From: Candidatus Kaiserbacteria bacterium | GTDB taxonomy: Bacteria; Patescibacteriota; Minisyncoccia; Phycocordibacterales; UBA2100 | Direction of reading: 5' to 3' | NCBI GenBank assembly: GCA_016186765.1 | Contig: JACPLD010000003.1 | Location: forward strand, 6,121 to 70,120 | DNA: 64,000 nucleotides | Shown here: positions 1-9,671 of the stretch, piece by piece | How the letters are laid out: every line of letters starts with the position of its first letter | Position numbering within the stretch: the stretch's first letter is position 1 | Notes under the pieces: generated by a model | The model's input: the letters and a program-made list of their open reading frames with translations, nothing else | What the model was told of the DNA's origin: nothing | Databases searched by the model: none | Program-made: the position numbers and the translations under genes

Positions 1-174
1 GATGCCCCAGAGCATATGCTTGATGTGCTGCTCGCGGTTCGCCCCCTTGTCGAGATCGAGCAAAAATTGCACGAGACCGAAGACAAAGAGAAAAAATCCG
101 GCAGCAATGACGAGAAGTATTGCCGGATCGATGACGTAGGTGACGAAATTCTCGAGAAGTTGTGCACCGCTCAT
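1..174 (-). CDS. VirB2/TrbC-like CPR pilin, partial (runs off the window edge)
   Basis: Not in the ORF track. Hand translation from the ATG at 174 gives MSGAQLLENFVTYVIDPAILLVIAAGFFLFVFGLVQFLLDLDKGANREQHIKHMLWGI, with the same TM-loop-'M.WG' layout as the neighbouring pilins. Confidence 0.75.
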   Translation of the reverse strand, partial: MSGAQLLENFVTYVIDPAILLVIAAGFFLFVFGLVQFLLDLDKGANREQHIKHMLWGI

Positions 175-199
175 GTGGGATCAGCGGGCGGGATCAAAT

Positions 200-556
200 T
201 TAGTATGTCCTTCCCGGATTTACAACAATGCCCTTCGGAATGACTGGGTCGGTCGAGGTGACCTTGAGCGTGCTCTGTAGCAAGCGGATGATACCCCAAA
301 TACTGACCATGACAAAAATCGCGATGACACCCCAGAACATGATCTTAAGACCCTCACTTGCGTTCTCATGGTCCATGCTCATGAGGTACTTGATAAGACC
401 CCAGAAGAAGACAACGATTGCAAGGGTGATAAAGAGTCCGATGACGCCGTTTAAGAGCGTGCTCGCAAGCACGAGCACGTTAGTCAAGGTCTGTGCGCTC
501 GCAAGCGACGGCAGAAGGAGCGCAAGGAGAGCTACAGCGCGGCTAATTCCTTTCAT
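200..556 (-). CDS. VirB2/TrbC-like CPR pilin
   Basis: Signal-like N-terminus (LPSLASAQ), two TM helices, FFWG...MFWGVIAIFVMVSIWG motif. Confidence 0.8.
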   Translation of the reverse strand: MKGISRAVALLALLLPSLASAQTLTNVLVLASTLLNGVIGLFITLAIVVFFWGLIKYLMSMDHENASEGLKIMFWGVIAIFVMVSIWGIIRLLQSTLKVTSTDPVIPKGIVVNPGRTY

Positions 557-640
557 AGGTATGGCGATGCACAGATAAGTAACTAAGTACTCTCATGCTA
601 TCGGGCCCCCTGAAAAACACAATCGGCCGCGCGTCAATCG

Positions 641-649
641 TGTGGATAA
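641..649 (-). promoter_or_regulatory. Single DnaA-box match (TTATCCACA)
   Basis: TGTGGATAA on the + strand, intergenic. It is isolated, so function is uncertain. Confidence 0.25.
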
Positions 650-658
650 CGTCCTCGC

Positions 659-1075
659 TCACTCGCGCTCTCGAGGCGAAGCTGGAGGCTTCTTTTTCGA
701 GGTCGCTATGAGGCGTATGATGAAAAAGGCCACAACAGCTATGATGAGAAAGGCGATGATCGGCAGCGCTACGCTGCCGTGGTGCTGAATCGCATTGACG
801 ATCGAAAGCACGACAATGAGGACAAAGAGCATTACAATCGCCCACTCAAGCACCCGTATCGCGGCGTCGCGGTACGAAGGCCATGTGTTAAAACGTGCGA
901 CGTATATCGAAAACCCCGCCACGAAAATGAGAACGATACCCGTCAGGACGAGACCTACGACGATATGGAAAAAGCCAACTACCTGCGGCAGCGTGAGTGC
1001 GTCCACATTTCCCGGTGCGAGAAAGAGTGTCGCGACTGTGCATGTACCGACAATAACTCTACGTTCACCGTTCAT
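659..1075 (-). CDS. Pilin-like membrane protein
   Basis: Signal-like N-terminus plus 3 hydrophobic segments; lies within the pilin array. Confidence 0.65.
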   Translation of the reverse strand: MNGERRVIVGTCTVATLFLAPGNVDALTLPQVVGFFHIVVGLVLTGIVLIFVAGFSIYVARFNTWPSYRDAAIRVLEWAIVMLFVLIVVLSIVNAIQHHGSVALPIIAFLIIAVVAFFIIRLIATSKKKPPASPRERE

Positions 1076-1515
1076 ATCTCGAGCCGGCCGACCGAACAGT
1101 TGCCGAAGTTGTCGCAGAGCGTTGCCGACTCGCCTGCGCCCGGAGTAAACTGCGAATCGCCACCGAAGAGTGTGTTTTGCAGAAGGTGAATGATGCCCCA
1201 GATCGAAGCCATCACAAAAAGTACGACGAGGCCCCAGAAAAAGAACGATTTCCTCTTCTCTGCACCCTTTTCATCTCCGAAGTGCGGAATGTTCGTCGCC
1301 ATCCCCCAGAAGTACACGACGAGCCCGAAGATAATGAGCGTGAACGTGGCAGTATCGAGGATCTCGACGACGTCATAGGCGAGCTCTTGAAATGTATTCG
1401 GCGCGGCGAGCGCCACGGAAGGAAGAAGAAGTATCGCGTATGGAGTATAGAGTATGGAGGAAAAGATTGTTTTCAGAGTCCTGCAACCCCCCATACGCGA
1501 TACTCCATACTCCAT
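1072..1515 (-). CDS. VirB2/TrbC-like CPR pilin (start uncertain)
   Basis: LPSVALAAP, YFWG...FFWGLVVLFVMASIWG; the 5' end is overprinted by a heptamer array. Confidence 0.75.
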   Translation of the reverse strand: MEYGVSRMGGCRTLKTIFSSILYTPYAILLLPSVALAAPNTFQELAYDVVEILDTATFTLIIFGLVVYFWGMATNIPHFGDEKGAEKRKSFFFWGLVVLFVMASIWGIIHLLQNTLFGGDSQFTPGAGESATLCDNFGNCSVGRLEI

Positions 1516-1519
1516 ACTC
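1431..1519. repeat. Inverted pair of 7-nt tandem arrays (GTATGGA-type)
   Basis: GTATCGC GTATGGA GTATAGA GTATGGA (1431-1458) ... CCCATAC GCGATAC TCCATAC TCCATAC (1490-1517). Confidence 0.8.
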
Positions 1520-1520
1520 A

Positions 1521-1874
1521 CTATCTGCCGGTGAGCTGCGACACGGTGCCGGCAATCAGAGTTGCAATGATCCACGCCCCAAGTATGAGAAGTGCGCCAA
1601 TGATGACGTAGAAAAAATTGAGCTTCGCTTTCTGAAGTTTTTCCTGATTTCCCTGCGCAGTGATGAAGTAAAAACCGGAGACCACGAGAAAGAGCGTAAC
1701 GATGGGAAGCGCTATCATCGCGAGCGCTTTTAAGGCGCCGGCGATAAAAAGTGGTATGGTATCGAAATTGAGAGGATTTTTGAGCCCCACACCTTGCGCG
1801 AACGCCGTAGATGCGAAGGAAAGAACCGTGAGGAGAGTCAAGATCGCGATTCGGTAGGCCTTTCGTGTATGCAT
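1521..1874 (-). CDS. VirB2/TrbC-like CPR pilin
   Basis: AFAQ cleavage-like site, LKNPL, G..FITAQGNQEKLQKAK...IIG motif typical of CPR T4SS-type pilins. Confidence 0.85.
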   Translation of the reverse strand: MHTRKAYRIAILTLLTVLSFASTAFAQGVGLKNPLNFDTIPLFIAGALKALAMIALPIVTLFLVVSGFYFITAQGNQEKLQKAKLNFFYVIIGALLILGAWIIATLIAGTVSQLTGR

Positions 1875-1875
1875 A

Positions 1876-3177
1876 CTATTCCCCCATCGCTTGCGCGAGC
1901 TCCTGATTCGCGCGGCCAACTGCCTCCGAAAGACGCGAGGAGCCCGTTGTCACGCTCTCAATCATACCGCGGAACACGCCATCCGTCTTTTCCGGATCGG
2001 GATCCACCCACGAGCGTGCGATGAGAGCTTCTCCCTCGAAGAGCACGTTCTCGCCCTTCAGGCTCTCCGCGATGACGTCGCGTCTTGCCGAAGGGATACC
2101 CACCGCAACCGAAAGTGCGCGCGCAACAGAAGTGTCGGCAATAAGAGCCGCGACCGTCATGGCGCCCTCTGGATTGCGGCTCGTCCGCGAAACCGAAAGC
2201 GCGTAGACATGCGCAGCGTTCGTGGAGCGCGTAGCCGTCTTCCCTTGCGGAACCGCGGCGCCTGCGAAATTGAGGTTCGGGTTCATGCGCGCAAGCAGCG
2301 TCGATTCTGATGCATAGCCGAGGTAGAGCGCGAGATCGCCTGCGGCAAACTCAGCCCGAGAGCTCGGGAGCGATCGATTCCACGAGTAGTGGACTTTGGA
2401 GGGATCGGCAAATTCCGTATAAAAACGAAGCGCGGATTCTGCAGCCTGCGAGGGCGAACCCGCGACGCGAAGCGTGAGCGCGGGGACAAGGCGACCCGTG
2501 CCATCTTCCTGCGTAATAGTGCCCCCAGCCTGCTGTATAAGAAGAGTGATGATGTCCTTTGCGTGATTCACATTCGCGAATTCACCCAGCGATATCGCAG
2601 ATAGAACAATGCCACCGGAGTCGTCTCTCTTCGTGACCTTCTGCGCAAATTCAGGTACGTCCTCCCAGTACTGCGGGGGCTTCGCAAACCCTGCGGAAGC
2701 CAAGATGTCTCGGTTCCAGTAAAAAATCAGGGGATCGACAAAAAGTGGAATGCCGAGCACTCCTTCCTCCGAAAGATAGGGGTTTGCTGCCTCGAGGAAC
2801 GTATCCTTGAACTTCGTTTCGGAAAGGAATGTGTAGGGAACAGGTATGACCTTACCCTTGTCGCGCATGGCGTAATCTTGCCGCAGAAGAAAGAGATCGG
2901 GTCCCGTGCCGTTTGCGAGCGCTTCGGTGAGATCAGCCTCGTAGGTAGCCGGATCTCTTTGAACGTAGGTGACTTGCGAGAGCCTACCGTCGTTCTCGGA
3001 CGCTTGTCGTAAGACAACCGCAAATGCGTTTGGCTCGAGCGTACCCCATATCGTCATCGGCCCGATAGAATTGCGCCCACCTGAACCAACGACAAGCGCG
3101 AAAATGAGTATGCCAGAGATCGCAAGAGCTCCGAATGCGGAGAGCAGGATGATCTGAAAAACCGACAGATTCTTCAT
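1876..3177 (-). CDS. Extracellular solute-binding protein (family 1-like)
   Basis: N-terminal TM anchor, GPDLF, GIPLFVDPLIFYWNRD, PPQYW motifs. Confidence 0.85.
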   Translation of the reverse strand: MKNLSVFQIILLSAFGALAISGILIFALVVGSGGRNSIGPMTIWGTLEPNAFAVVLRQASENDGRLSQVTYVQRDPATYEADLTEALANGTGPDLFLLRQDYAMRDKGKVIPVPYTFLSETKFKDTFLEAANPYLSEEGVLGIPLFVDPLIFYWNRDILASAGFAKPPQYWEDVPEFAQKVTKRDDSGGIVLSAISLGEFANVNHAKDIITLLIQQAGGTITQEDGTGRLVPALTLRVAGSPSQAAESALRFYTEFADPSKVHYSWNRSLPSSRAEFAAGDLALYLGYASESTLLARMNPNLNFAGAAVPQGKTATRSTNAAHVYALSVSRTSRNPEGAMTVAALIADTSVARALSVAVGIPSARRDVIAESLKGENVLFEGEALIARSWVDPDPEKTDGVFRGMIESVTTGSSRLSEAVGRANQELAQAMGE

Positions 3178-3782
3178 ATCGCAGCGTACGGCACAGGCCC
3201 CAATACTAATCCATAGTGGTGCGCGCCCGCCGGAAACTCTCGGATAAGTTCCAAGCTACTCCTGCGCGCAAGGTCGAGAGCCATTTCCCTGCTGACTACA
3301 TCTTCCTTGCGCGGACCGAACGAACCTGCCTCGTTGGAACGCGAAGCGTTTTCTTCGGGGTTACTCCAGTCGACGATCGCGACTGTGCCGGTCGATTTGA
3401 TAATACGTCGCGCTTCGCGCAAAACTGGCAGCTTGTCGGGCACTTGAAAGAGAAGATTCGATATGAGCACAAGATCGATCGAGCTATCGGCAAGCTTGGA
3501 GGCGCGCGGAACCTCAAGATCTGCCCAGATAACCTCGACATTTTTGTAGCCGCGACGCACCGCTTCGTTGTGAATGCGCCGTAAGAGATCACGCTGCACG
3601 TCGATGGCATAGACCGCGCCGCTGCCTCCCAGTCGCTCGGCGATCGCGAGCACGTACGCACCACTTCCCGCACCAAAATCCGCAACGCGCATGCCACTCT
3701 GGATCCCCAGTGCGCCAACATTCTTCTTTGGGTGCGCAAAGCCTTCCGTATTCAACGGAGCATGATGTGCAGTCTGCTGCAT
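3174..3782 (-). CDS. Class I SAM-dependent methyltransferase
   Basis: VADFGAGSG motif I, VYAIDV, AGAHHYG C-terminus; contains an in-frame palindromic insert at 3325-3361. Confidence 0.9.
   Translation of the reverse strand: MQQTAHHAPLNTEGFAHPKKNVGALGIQSGMRVADFGAGSGAYVLAIAERLGGSGAVYAIDVQRDLLRRIHNEAVRRGYKNVEVIWADLEVPRASKLADSSIDLVLISNLLFQVPDKLPVLREARRIIKSTGTVAIVDWSNPEENASRSNEAGSFGPRKEDVVSREMALDLARRSSLELIREFPAGAHHYGLVLGPVPYAAI
3325..3361. mobile_element. Miniature inverted-repeat element in frame in the methyltransferase
   Basis: CCTGCCTCGTTGGAACGCGAAGCGTTTTCTTCGGGGT forms a hairpin and encodes NPEENASRSNEAG. Confidence 0.55.
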
Positions 3783-3827
3783 CCTATACAGTATATATGG
3801 ACTCCGAGCGACAATCCTTAGTTTTCC

Positions 3828-6314
3828 TCAACTCGCTGCTTCAGCTGTCTCAAACACAACGAACGAAGCAACACTATCTCCTTCTCGCAATTTCATGACT
3901 CTGACTCCTTGAGTTGCGCGGGAGAGGGTCGGGATCTCGTCGAGACCAGTGCGGATGGTTTGTGATTTCTTTGACATCGCGACGAGCTCACCTCCACCGA
4001 GAACGACCGCGGCACCCACGAGCTGCTTTGTCTTCGGCGTGATAGACATCGTCTTGATACCGCTTCCGCCCCTGCCTTGCACCTTGTACTCATCGAGCTT
4101 CGTCTTCTTGCCATAGCCGGTCGAAGAAACAACGAGCAATTCTCCTTTTGCGCCTTTCGGCACGACGCCCGTGCCGACGATCATATCTCCCCTTCCAAGC
4201 TTCATGCCGCGCACACCAGCGGCTTGCCGCCCCATCTCGCGCACTGCTCTTTCGTCAAACCGGATCGACTGCCCTTTCCCGGTCACCAAGACTACCGAAT
4301 CACTCTTGCGCACGAAGGCCGCGGATATGAGGGCATCACCCTTATCCAAATTGATCGCTATCAATCCAGAGCGGCGTACCTCGTGGAACTTATTCGCCAC
4401 GACTTTCTTGACGGTACCGTTGCGAGTCGCCATCAAAAGCGCAAGCCCTTCCACAGCCTTCTTTTCTTTCGGCATAGCGAGGATCGAAGTGATGCTTTCT
4501 CCCTGCTCGAGCGAGATGAAATTCATAATCGACTTACCCTTAGTCGCGCGTTTTCCCTCCGGCAGCTCGTACATCTTGAGTTGATACACCTTCCCACGAT
4601 CGGAGAAAAAGAGAAGGTCGGAGTGCGCGGAGGAGGTGAGAAACTCAGTCACGAAGTCTTCTTCTTTCGTGTCGAGATCGACGACGCCGATACCTCCGCG
4701 CTTCTGGCGCCGGTACTCTACCGGGTTCGTGCGTTTGATGTAGCCGCCCTGCGTGAGGACGACGACATAGTCCTCGTCTGCGACGAGATCCTCCGCAGAG
4801 AGAAGCTTCGCGGGGCGCTTCACGATCTTCGTGCGCCGCTCATCGCCATATTTTTCGATCACCTCGCGAATCTCCTTTTTGATAAGTTCGAGGAGTTTCC
4901 TCTCGCTCTTAAGGAGCGCCGCAAGCTCCTCAATCAGCGCTTGCACTTGCTTCAGCTCGTCCTCGATCTTTTTTCTCTCCAGACCGGCAAGCTTTTGGAG
5001 CTTCATGTCAAGAATCGCGTTTGTCTGCCGCTCAGAGAATTTGAATGTCTTTATCAACTCCGCGCGTGCGTCCTCCACGTCCTTGCTCTTCTTGATGAGT
5101 TTGATGATCTCGTCGATGTGGTCAAGCGCCTTCTTGAGACCAAGCAAGATGTGCTCGCGCTCCTCAGCCTTTTCCAGATCAAATTTCGTTCGCTTTGTAA
5201 CAACTTCTCTGCGAAAGGCGATAAAGTATTCGAGGAGCGCTTTGAGAGGAAGCGTCTGCGGCACGCCATCGACGAGCGCGACGATGTTGTAGTGGAATGT
5301 TTCCTCAAGCTGCGTGTGCTTGTAGAGGTAATTGAGAACAGTCTGCGCATTCGCATTGTTCTTCAGTTCAATCACCACGCGAATGTCTTTCGTCGACTCG
5401 TCGCGGATATCCCGGATCCCTTCCAACTTTTTCTCGTGCACGAGATCGGCAATCTTCGTCAGAAGATCGGCCTTATTCACGCGGAACGGTATCGATGTGA
5501 TAACGATCTGGTAATCGCCTTTCTTTCCTTCAACGATCTCCGCATCTCCGCGCACGACGACAGGACCGCGGCCAGTCGCATAGGCATGCGCGATGTCTTT
5601 TTGGTTGAAGGCGATACAACCGGTCGGAAAATCAGGTCCTTGGACGAATGAAAGCAGCTCCTCCGTCGTCGCCTCTGGATTTTCGATGAGATGCATGGCA
5701 GCCTCGCACACTTCGCGCAGGTTGTGCGGCGGAATGTTCGAGGCCATGCCGACTGCGATCCCCAGTGTACCGTTCAGAAGGAGATTCGGGATCGCCGCAG
5801 GTAACACTCCCGGCTCCTGCTTCGTGTTGTCGTAGTTGGGGCGGAACTCGACGGTCTCCTTCTCGATATCACGGAGCATTTCTGACGCGAGACGCGACAT
5901 TTTGGCTTCGGTATAGCGATATGCTGCGGGCGCGTCGCCGTCGATTGAACCGAAATTTCCCTGGCCCACGATAAGCGGGTAGCGCATCGTAAAATCCTGC
6001 GCCATCTTCACCATCGCGTCGTACACGGCCGCATCGCCGTGCGGATGGTATTTACCGATCACGTCGCCTACCACGGTTGCAGACTTTCTAGTCTTCGCGG
6101 AAACCGTGAGTCCGGCTTCCTGCATCGCGTACAAAATCCGTCGATGCACCGGCTTTAGCCCATCGCGCACGTCGGGAAGCGCGCGCGCGGTAATCACCGA
6201 CATCGCGTAGTCGAGATAGCTCTCCCGCATCTCGGTCGAGATGTCCCGCAAAACGACGCCGCGCGCGCTTCCCGGTGCGGGAGCATGAGCAGATGTGTTC
6301 TTCTCGCGTGCCAT
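3828..6314 (-). CDS. gyrA: DNA gyrase subunit A
   Basis: [29 protein letters not shown], GyrA-box QKRGGIG, beta-pinwheel CTD. Confidence 0.98.
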   Translation of the reverse strand: MAREKNTSAHAPAPGSARGVVLRDISTEMRESYLDYAMSVITARALPDVRDGLKPVHRRILYAMQEAGLTVSAKTRKSATVVGDVIGKYHPHGDAAVYDAMVKMAQDFTMRYPLIVGQGNFGSIDGDAPAAYRYTEAKMSRLASEMLRDIEKETVEFRPNYDNTKQEPGVLPAAIPNLLLNGTLGIAVGMASNIPPHNLREVCEAAMHLIENPEATTEELLSFVQGPDFPTGCIAFNQKDIAHAYATGRGPVVVRGDAEIVEGKKGDYQIVITSIPFRVNKADLLTKIADLVHEKKLEGIRDIRDESTKDIRVVIELKNNANAQTVLNYLYKHTQLEETFHYNIVALVDGVPQTLPLKALLEYFIAFRREVVTKRTKFDLEKAEEREHILLGLKKALDHIDEIIKLIKKSKDVEDARAELIKTFKFSERQTNAILDMKLQKLAGLERKKIEDELKQVQALIEELAALLKSERKLLELIKKEIREVIEKYGDERRTKIVKRPAKLLSAEDLVADEDYVVVLTQGGYIKRTNPVEYRRQKRGGIGVVDLDTKEEDFVTEFLTSSAHSDLLFFSDRGKVYQLKMYELPEGKRATKGKSIMNFISLEQGESITSILAMPKEKKAVEGLALLMATRNGTVKKVVANKFHEVRRSGLIAINLDKGDALISAAFVRKSDSVVLVTGKGQSIRFDERAVREMGRQAAGVRGMKLGRGDMIVGTGVVPKGAKGELLVVSSTGYGKKTKLDEYKVQGRGGSGIKTMSITPKTKQLVGAAVVLGGGELVAMSKKSQTIRTGLDEIPTLSRATQGVRVMKLREGDSVASFVVFETAEAAS

Positions 6315-6379
6315 GACCTGTTAATTCTAGCAAAAAATAAGGCTTTTAGCTATATTTTCCTGCAAAGCTCAACGACCCC

Positions 6380-6736
6380 CTACTCGGTCGTTTCGTAGCC
6401 ACCGAAGGGTGGTGGTTCGCCTGAGACATCATCGTAGGTGGGCAGAGGTTGGTACTGCGATGAAGACTCTTTGCGCGCCTCCAGCAAGGCATCGACGTCG
6501 TTGAACGATTCCATCAGCTTTTCTTGTGCATCACGCACGTTGGAGAAATTGAACTCGTCCTGCGCGCCGCCGCCGAGCTGCTGAAGCTGCTCGCCACGCT
6601 GGATCTTTTTGAAAAAGAGCAACGTCCAGCCAATAAGTAGTATCAGCACCACCGCAATCGCGATACCACCAGCAATCGCCTTCTTCTCGTCCTTCGGCTT
6701 GTCCTTCAAATTGTCGACAGCTTTTTGTATCACCAT
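6380..6736 (-). CDS. Hypothetical single-pass membrane protein
   Basis: One TM helix; co-oriented between the MBL-fold gene and gyrA. Confidence 0.7.
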   Translation of the reverse strand: MVIQKAVDNLKDKPKDEKKAIAGGIAIAVVLILLIGWTLLFFKKIQRGEQLQQLGGGAQDEFNFSNVRDAQEKLMESFNDVDALLEARKESSSQYQPLPTYDDVSGEPPPFGGYETTE

Positions 6737-6760
6737 GGCGTTTTCCCTATCGGCTATACT

Positions 6761-7378
6761 CTAGTGGCTAAGAACTACCACTTCACTTTCTTTGCCAACG
6801 ATGTCGCGCGGCTTCAAGGTAAGTTTCTCGACAGGCTTCACGTCTTCGCCTGCCTCTTTCAAAAATTGCTTGAGTGTTTTGTCATCGTATAAAACGGGAA
6901 TCACGATCTTTGCCTCGATTTTCACCGCAAACTTTTGTGCTTCTGCGGGCGAGAGCGCGCCGCTTCCGCCGATAGGAACGATGAGAACATCCGGCGCATC
7001 CATCTCCAAAACTTCAGACGGGAGATCGAGGTCTCCGAGCGCGCCCAAGTACATGATAGAAAGTCCATCGAAGTGAACCGAGTACACGGTATTCGTGTGG
7101 GCTTCGCCTCCATATTTCGAGCCAGAAGGAAAACCGGTCGCCGTGATGTCCTTCACTTCGTATTCACCTGGCCCTGAAATCACAAACGGTTGTTTTTCGC
7201 CGCGTCCCGCTTCCTCCGCGCCGTTCATGTCGGGATGATCGAGCGGGATGAACGCGACGTCAGCACCGAAATTTGTCGGTTTGAAGTCTTTGGATTTCTT
7301 AGACACTGGTCCGAACACGAGAGCGGTTTCTCCAGCACTCGCGCGAATACACGCGCCCCCGTGGAACGTCAGAATCAT
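6761..7378 (-). CDS. MBL-fold metallo-hydrolase-like protein (degenerate metal motif)
   Basis: GPGEYEVK and DVLIVPIGG motifs; the HxHxDH position reads PLDHPDM. Start at MILTF, with TATACT 8 nt upstream. Confidence 0.8.
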   Translation of the reverse strand: MILTFHGGACIRASAGETALVFGPVSKKSKDFKPTNFGADVAFIPLDHPDMNGAEEAGRGEKQPFVISGPGEYEVKDITATGFPSGSKYGGEAHTNTVYSVHFDGLSIMYLGALGDLDLPSEVLEMDAPDVLIVPIGGSGALSPAEAQKFAVKIEAKIVIPVLYDDKTLKQFLKEAGEDVKPVEKLTLKPRDIVGKESEVVVLSH

Positions 7379-7505
7379 GCGTATGCAGTATACCGTAACT
7401 ATCCACTCGCAGCACCTTGCGCGTTCGCGCTTAAGATGTAGTGTGTCGAGGTTCGGGACTTCCAAGAATCTCCCGAGCATGGTCCTCATTCGAGAGGAGG
7501 CGAAC

Positions 7506-7550
7506 GTGAACTTGTTCGTGTTCATCGCCCCAGCGGACTGGACGCTGTAA
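7506..7550 (+). other. Candidate 14-aa micropeptide ORF (MNLFVFIAPADWTL)
   Basis: GAGGAGG 5 nt upstream of a GTG; a GC hairpin plus T-run follows at about 7579-7620. Confidence 0.3.
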
Positions 7551-7767
7551 GGCAACAAATCCTCGGAACGAAGGGTCGAGGAGGGCCGCGGCTCACACGC
7601 TGCTGCCCTCCTTCTCTTTTCAAGAGCTTCAATAGTTTGCGCTCCTCACGCTCTTCCTATATATTGTATGTCCCCATTGGGGGATTATTTATTAGTAACG
7701 CGTTCGGTAAAACTTCCCTGCTGACTGTCTTGGGTAGCGTAGGCAGGATAGTCCGAGCACAAAGAAC

Positions 7768-8922
7768 ATGGGTGCAATAGCAACTGAAGATACCAGGCTT
7801 AAAGGAGCAGAAGACAGCGATGCCGACGTGCCCGCCGAAGCGGGAGCGGAGGCAGGAACCTCGGCGAAGGAGGGGCCGATGGCGGAGCTTTTGAATTCCG
7901 TTGGAAAGCCGCCTTTTGTCGACGATGTGGTCGAAGGTCCCGTCGTCGCGGTCGGTCGCGCGCGCGTATTCGTCGACCTTCACCCCTTCGGGACTGGCAT
8001 CATATACGGCCGCGAATACCTTTCTGCGCGTGAAGCCTTGAAGAACGTCAACATCGGCGACACCATCACGGCAAAAGTGATGGGCACTGACAACGAGGAA
8101 GGGTACATCGAGCTTAGCTTGCGCGAGGCTAGACAAGCCCTCATTTGGAACGAAGCCGAAATCGCGATGCAAAAGAAGATTTCCTTCGAGCTTCCTGTCA
8201 CAGAGGCAAATAAAGGTGGACTTATCATTCAGTGGAACGGTTTGCAGGGATTCCTGCCGGCCTCGCAGCTTTCGCCTGCGCACTACCCACGCGTGCCGGA
8301 TGGTGACAAAGACAGGATTTTCGCCGAGCTCAAAAAGCTTGTCGGTACGAAACTTGAGGTGATGATCATTACGGCTTCTCCAAAAGAGAACAAACTCATC
8401 TTCGCGGAGAAAGGCGCAGGCGGAAGCGAGCGCGCGTCGCTCGTGGAAAAGTACCGCGTAGGCGATTGTTTAGAAGGCACCGTGACCGGCGCGACGGAAT
8501 TCGGCGTCTTCGTGAAGCTCGAGGAGGGACTCGAAGGTCTCGTACACATTTCCGAAATGGATTGGGCGCTCGTCGAGAATCCGAAGACACGCTATCGTGT
8601 AGGAGAGGTGGTGAAAGTGAAGGTGATCGAGATCAAGGATGATAAAGTCTCTCTTTCCATCAAGGCCTTGACCGAAGATCCCTGGAAGGCGGCCGCGGTA
8701 AAGTATCACAAAGACGAGAAGGTGGATGCTGTCATCATCAAGTACAACAAGCATGGTGCGCTCGCATCGATAGAGGAAGGTGTTGCGGGCCTCGTGCACA
8801 TTTCCGAGTTCGCCAACGAAGAAGACCTACGCTCTCGCCTCGAGCTTGGCAAGGTCTATCCGTTCACCATCACGTTTTTCGAACCAAAGGATCGTCGAAT
8901 GACTCTCAAACCGGCGGGCTAA
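7768..8922 (+). CDS. rpsA: 30S ribosomal protein bS1 (4 S1 domains)
   Basis: NKGGL, GFLPASQL, FGVFV..EGLVHISEM, GLVHISEF repeats. Confidence 0.93.
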   Translation: MGAIATEDTRLKGAEDSDADVPAEAGAEAGTSAKEGPMAELLNSVGKPPFVDDVVEGPVVAVGRARVFVDLHPFGTGIIYGREYLSAREALKNVNIGDTITAKVMGTDNEEGYIELSLREARQALIWNEAEIAMQKKISFELPVTEANKGGLIIQWNGLQGFLPASQLSPAHYPRVPDGDKDRIFAELKKLVGTKLEVMIITASPKENKLIFAEKGAGGSERASLVEKYRVGDCLEGTVTGATEFGVFVKLEEGLEGLVHISEMDWALVENPKTRYRVGEVVKVKVIEIKDDKVSLSIKALTEDPWKAAAVKYHKDEKVDAVIIKYNKHGALASIEEGVAGLVHISEFANEEDLRSRLELGKVYPFTITFFEPKDRRMTLKPAG

Positions 8923-8957
8923 TCGCGGTCTCAAGATTGTTTTTCCACACCCTTGTG

Positions 8958-8980
8958 TGTCAAGGTGACACCTTGACGCA
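8958..8980. repeat. REP-like palindrome, left flank of RAYT-1
   Basis: TGTCAAGGTGACACCTTGACGCA; core GTCAAGGTG-A-CACCTTGAC; identical 23-mer at 9653-9675. Confidence 0.9.
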
Positions 8981-9002
8981 AGGTTGCCGTATTATCCTGA
9001 GA

Positions 9003-9671
9003 ATGAACAGAGCCCCTTTCGGAAGCGGCGAATGGTATCACTGCTTTGCACGAGGCATCGACAAACGGAGGACATTCGTTGACCGTTCCGACTACAATCG
9101 TTTTTTAGGGCTCCTCTACTTGTGCAACAATACCTCCACTATCCACAGAAGTAATCTCCGTTCCCCGACACTCTTTAACTTACTTTCGATGAATCGCGGG
9201 AAACCCCTCGTCGGAATCGGAGCTTTCTGTCTGATGCCGAACCACTTTCATCTTTTACTGAAAGAAATTACAGATGGCGGTATTTCAGCCTTTATGCAGA
9301 AGCTTGGTACTTCATATGCAATGTACTTCAACATGAGGCGCAACCGTGCCGGAAATCTGTTCACAAAGCCGTTTCGGTCACGGCACATCAGTGATGACCG
9401 ATACCTTCAGCAAGTTCTGCAGTACATTCACTGCAATCCAGCAGAGCTCTTCGAGCCCGGATGGAAAGATGGACGAGTTAAAGACTTATACATACTTCAG
9501 AAGAAACTGCTCATATATCCATATTCAAGTTTTGGCGCTTTCACTGACACAAGCAATGTTCTGGGAAAAATCCTTGACTCGTCGATCTTCGAAATTGAAA
9601 CTCAATTCTCGCCCGGCAAAATGCTCAAGGAAGCTCTCGAATACTATCGCGATGTCAAGGTGACACCTTGA
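9003..9671 (+). mobile_element. REP-associated tyrosine transposase (RAYT, HUH/Y1) #1
   Basis: YHCFARG, CLMPNHFHLLL (HUH), YIHCNP (catalytic Tyr), YSSF; no TnpB partner. Confidence 0.9.

Noticed and set aside
641-649. Replication origin
   Set aside because: Only one DnaA box in a short spacer; no cluster, AT-rich unwinding element or dnaA gene.
4077-5651. Long antisense ORFs (also 14929-15900, 28152-29081, 43417-44355, 59672-60910)
   Set aside because: Shadow frames of well-conserved genes in GC-rich DNA, with no recognisable motifs.
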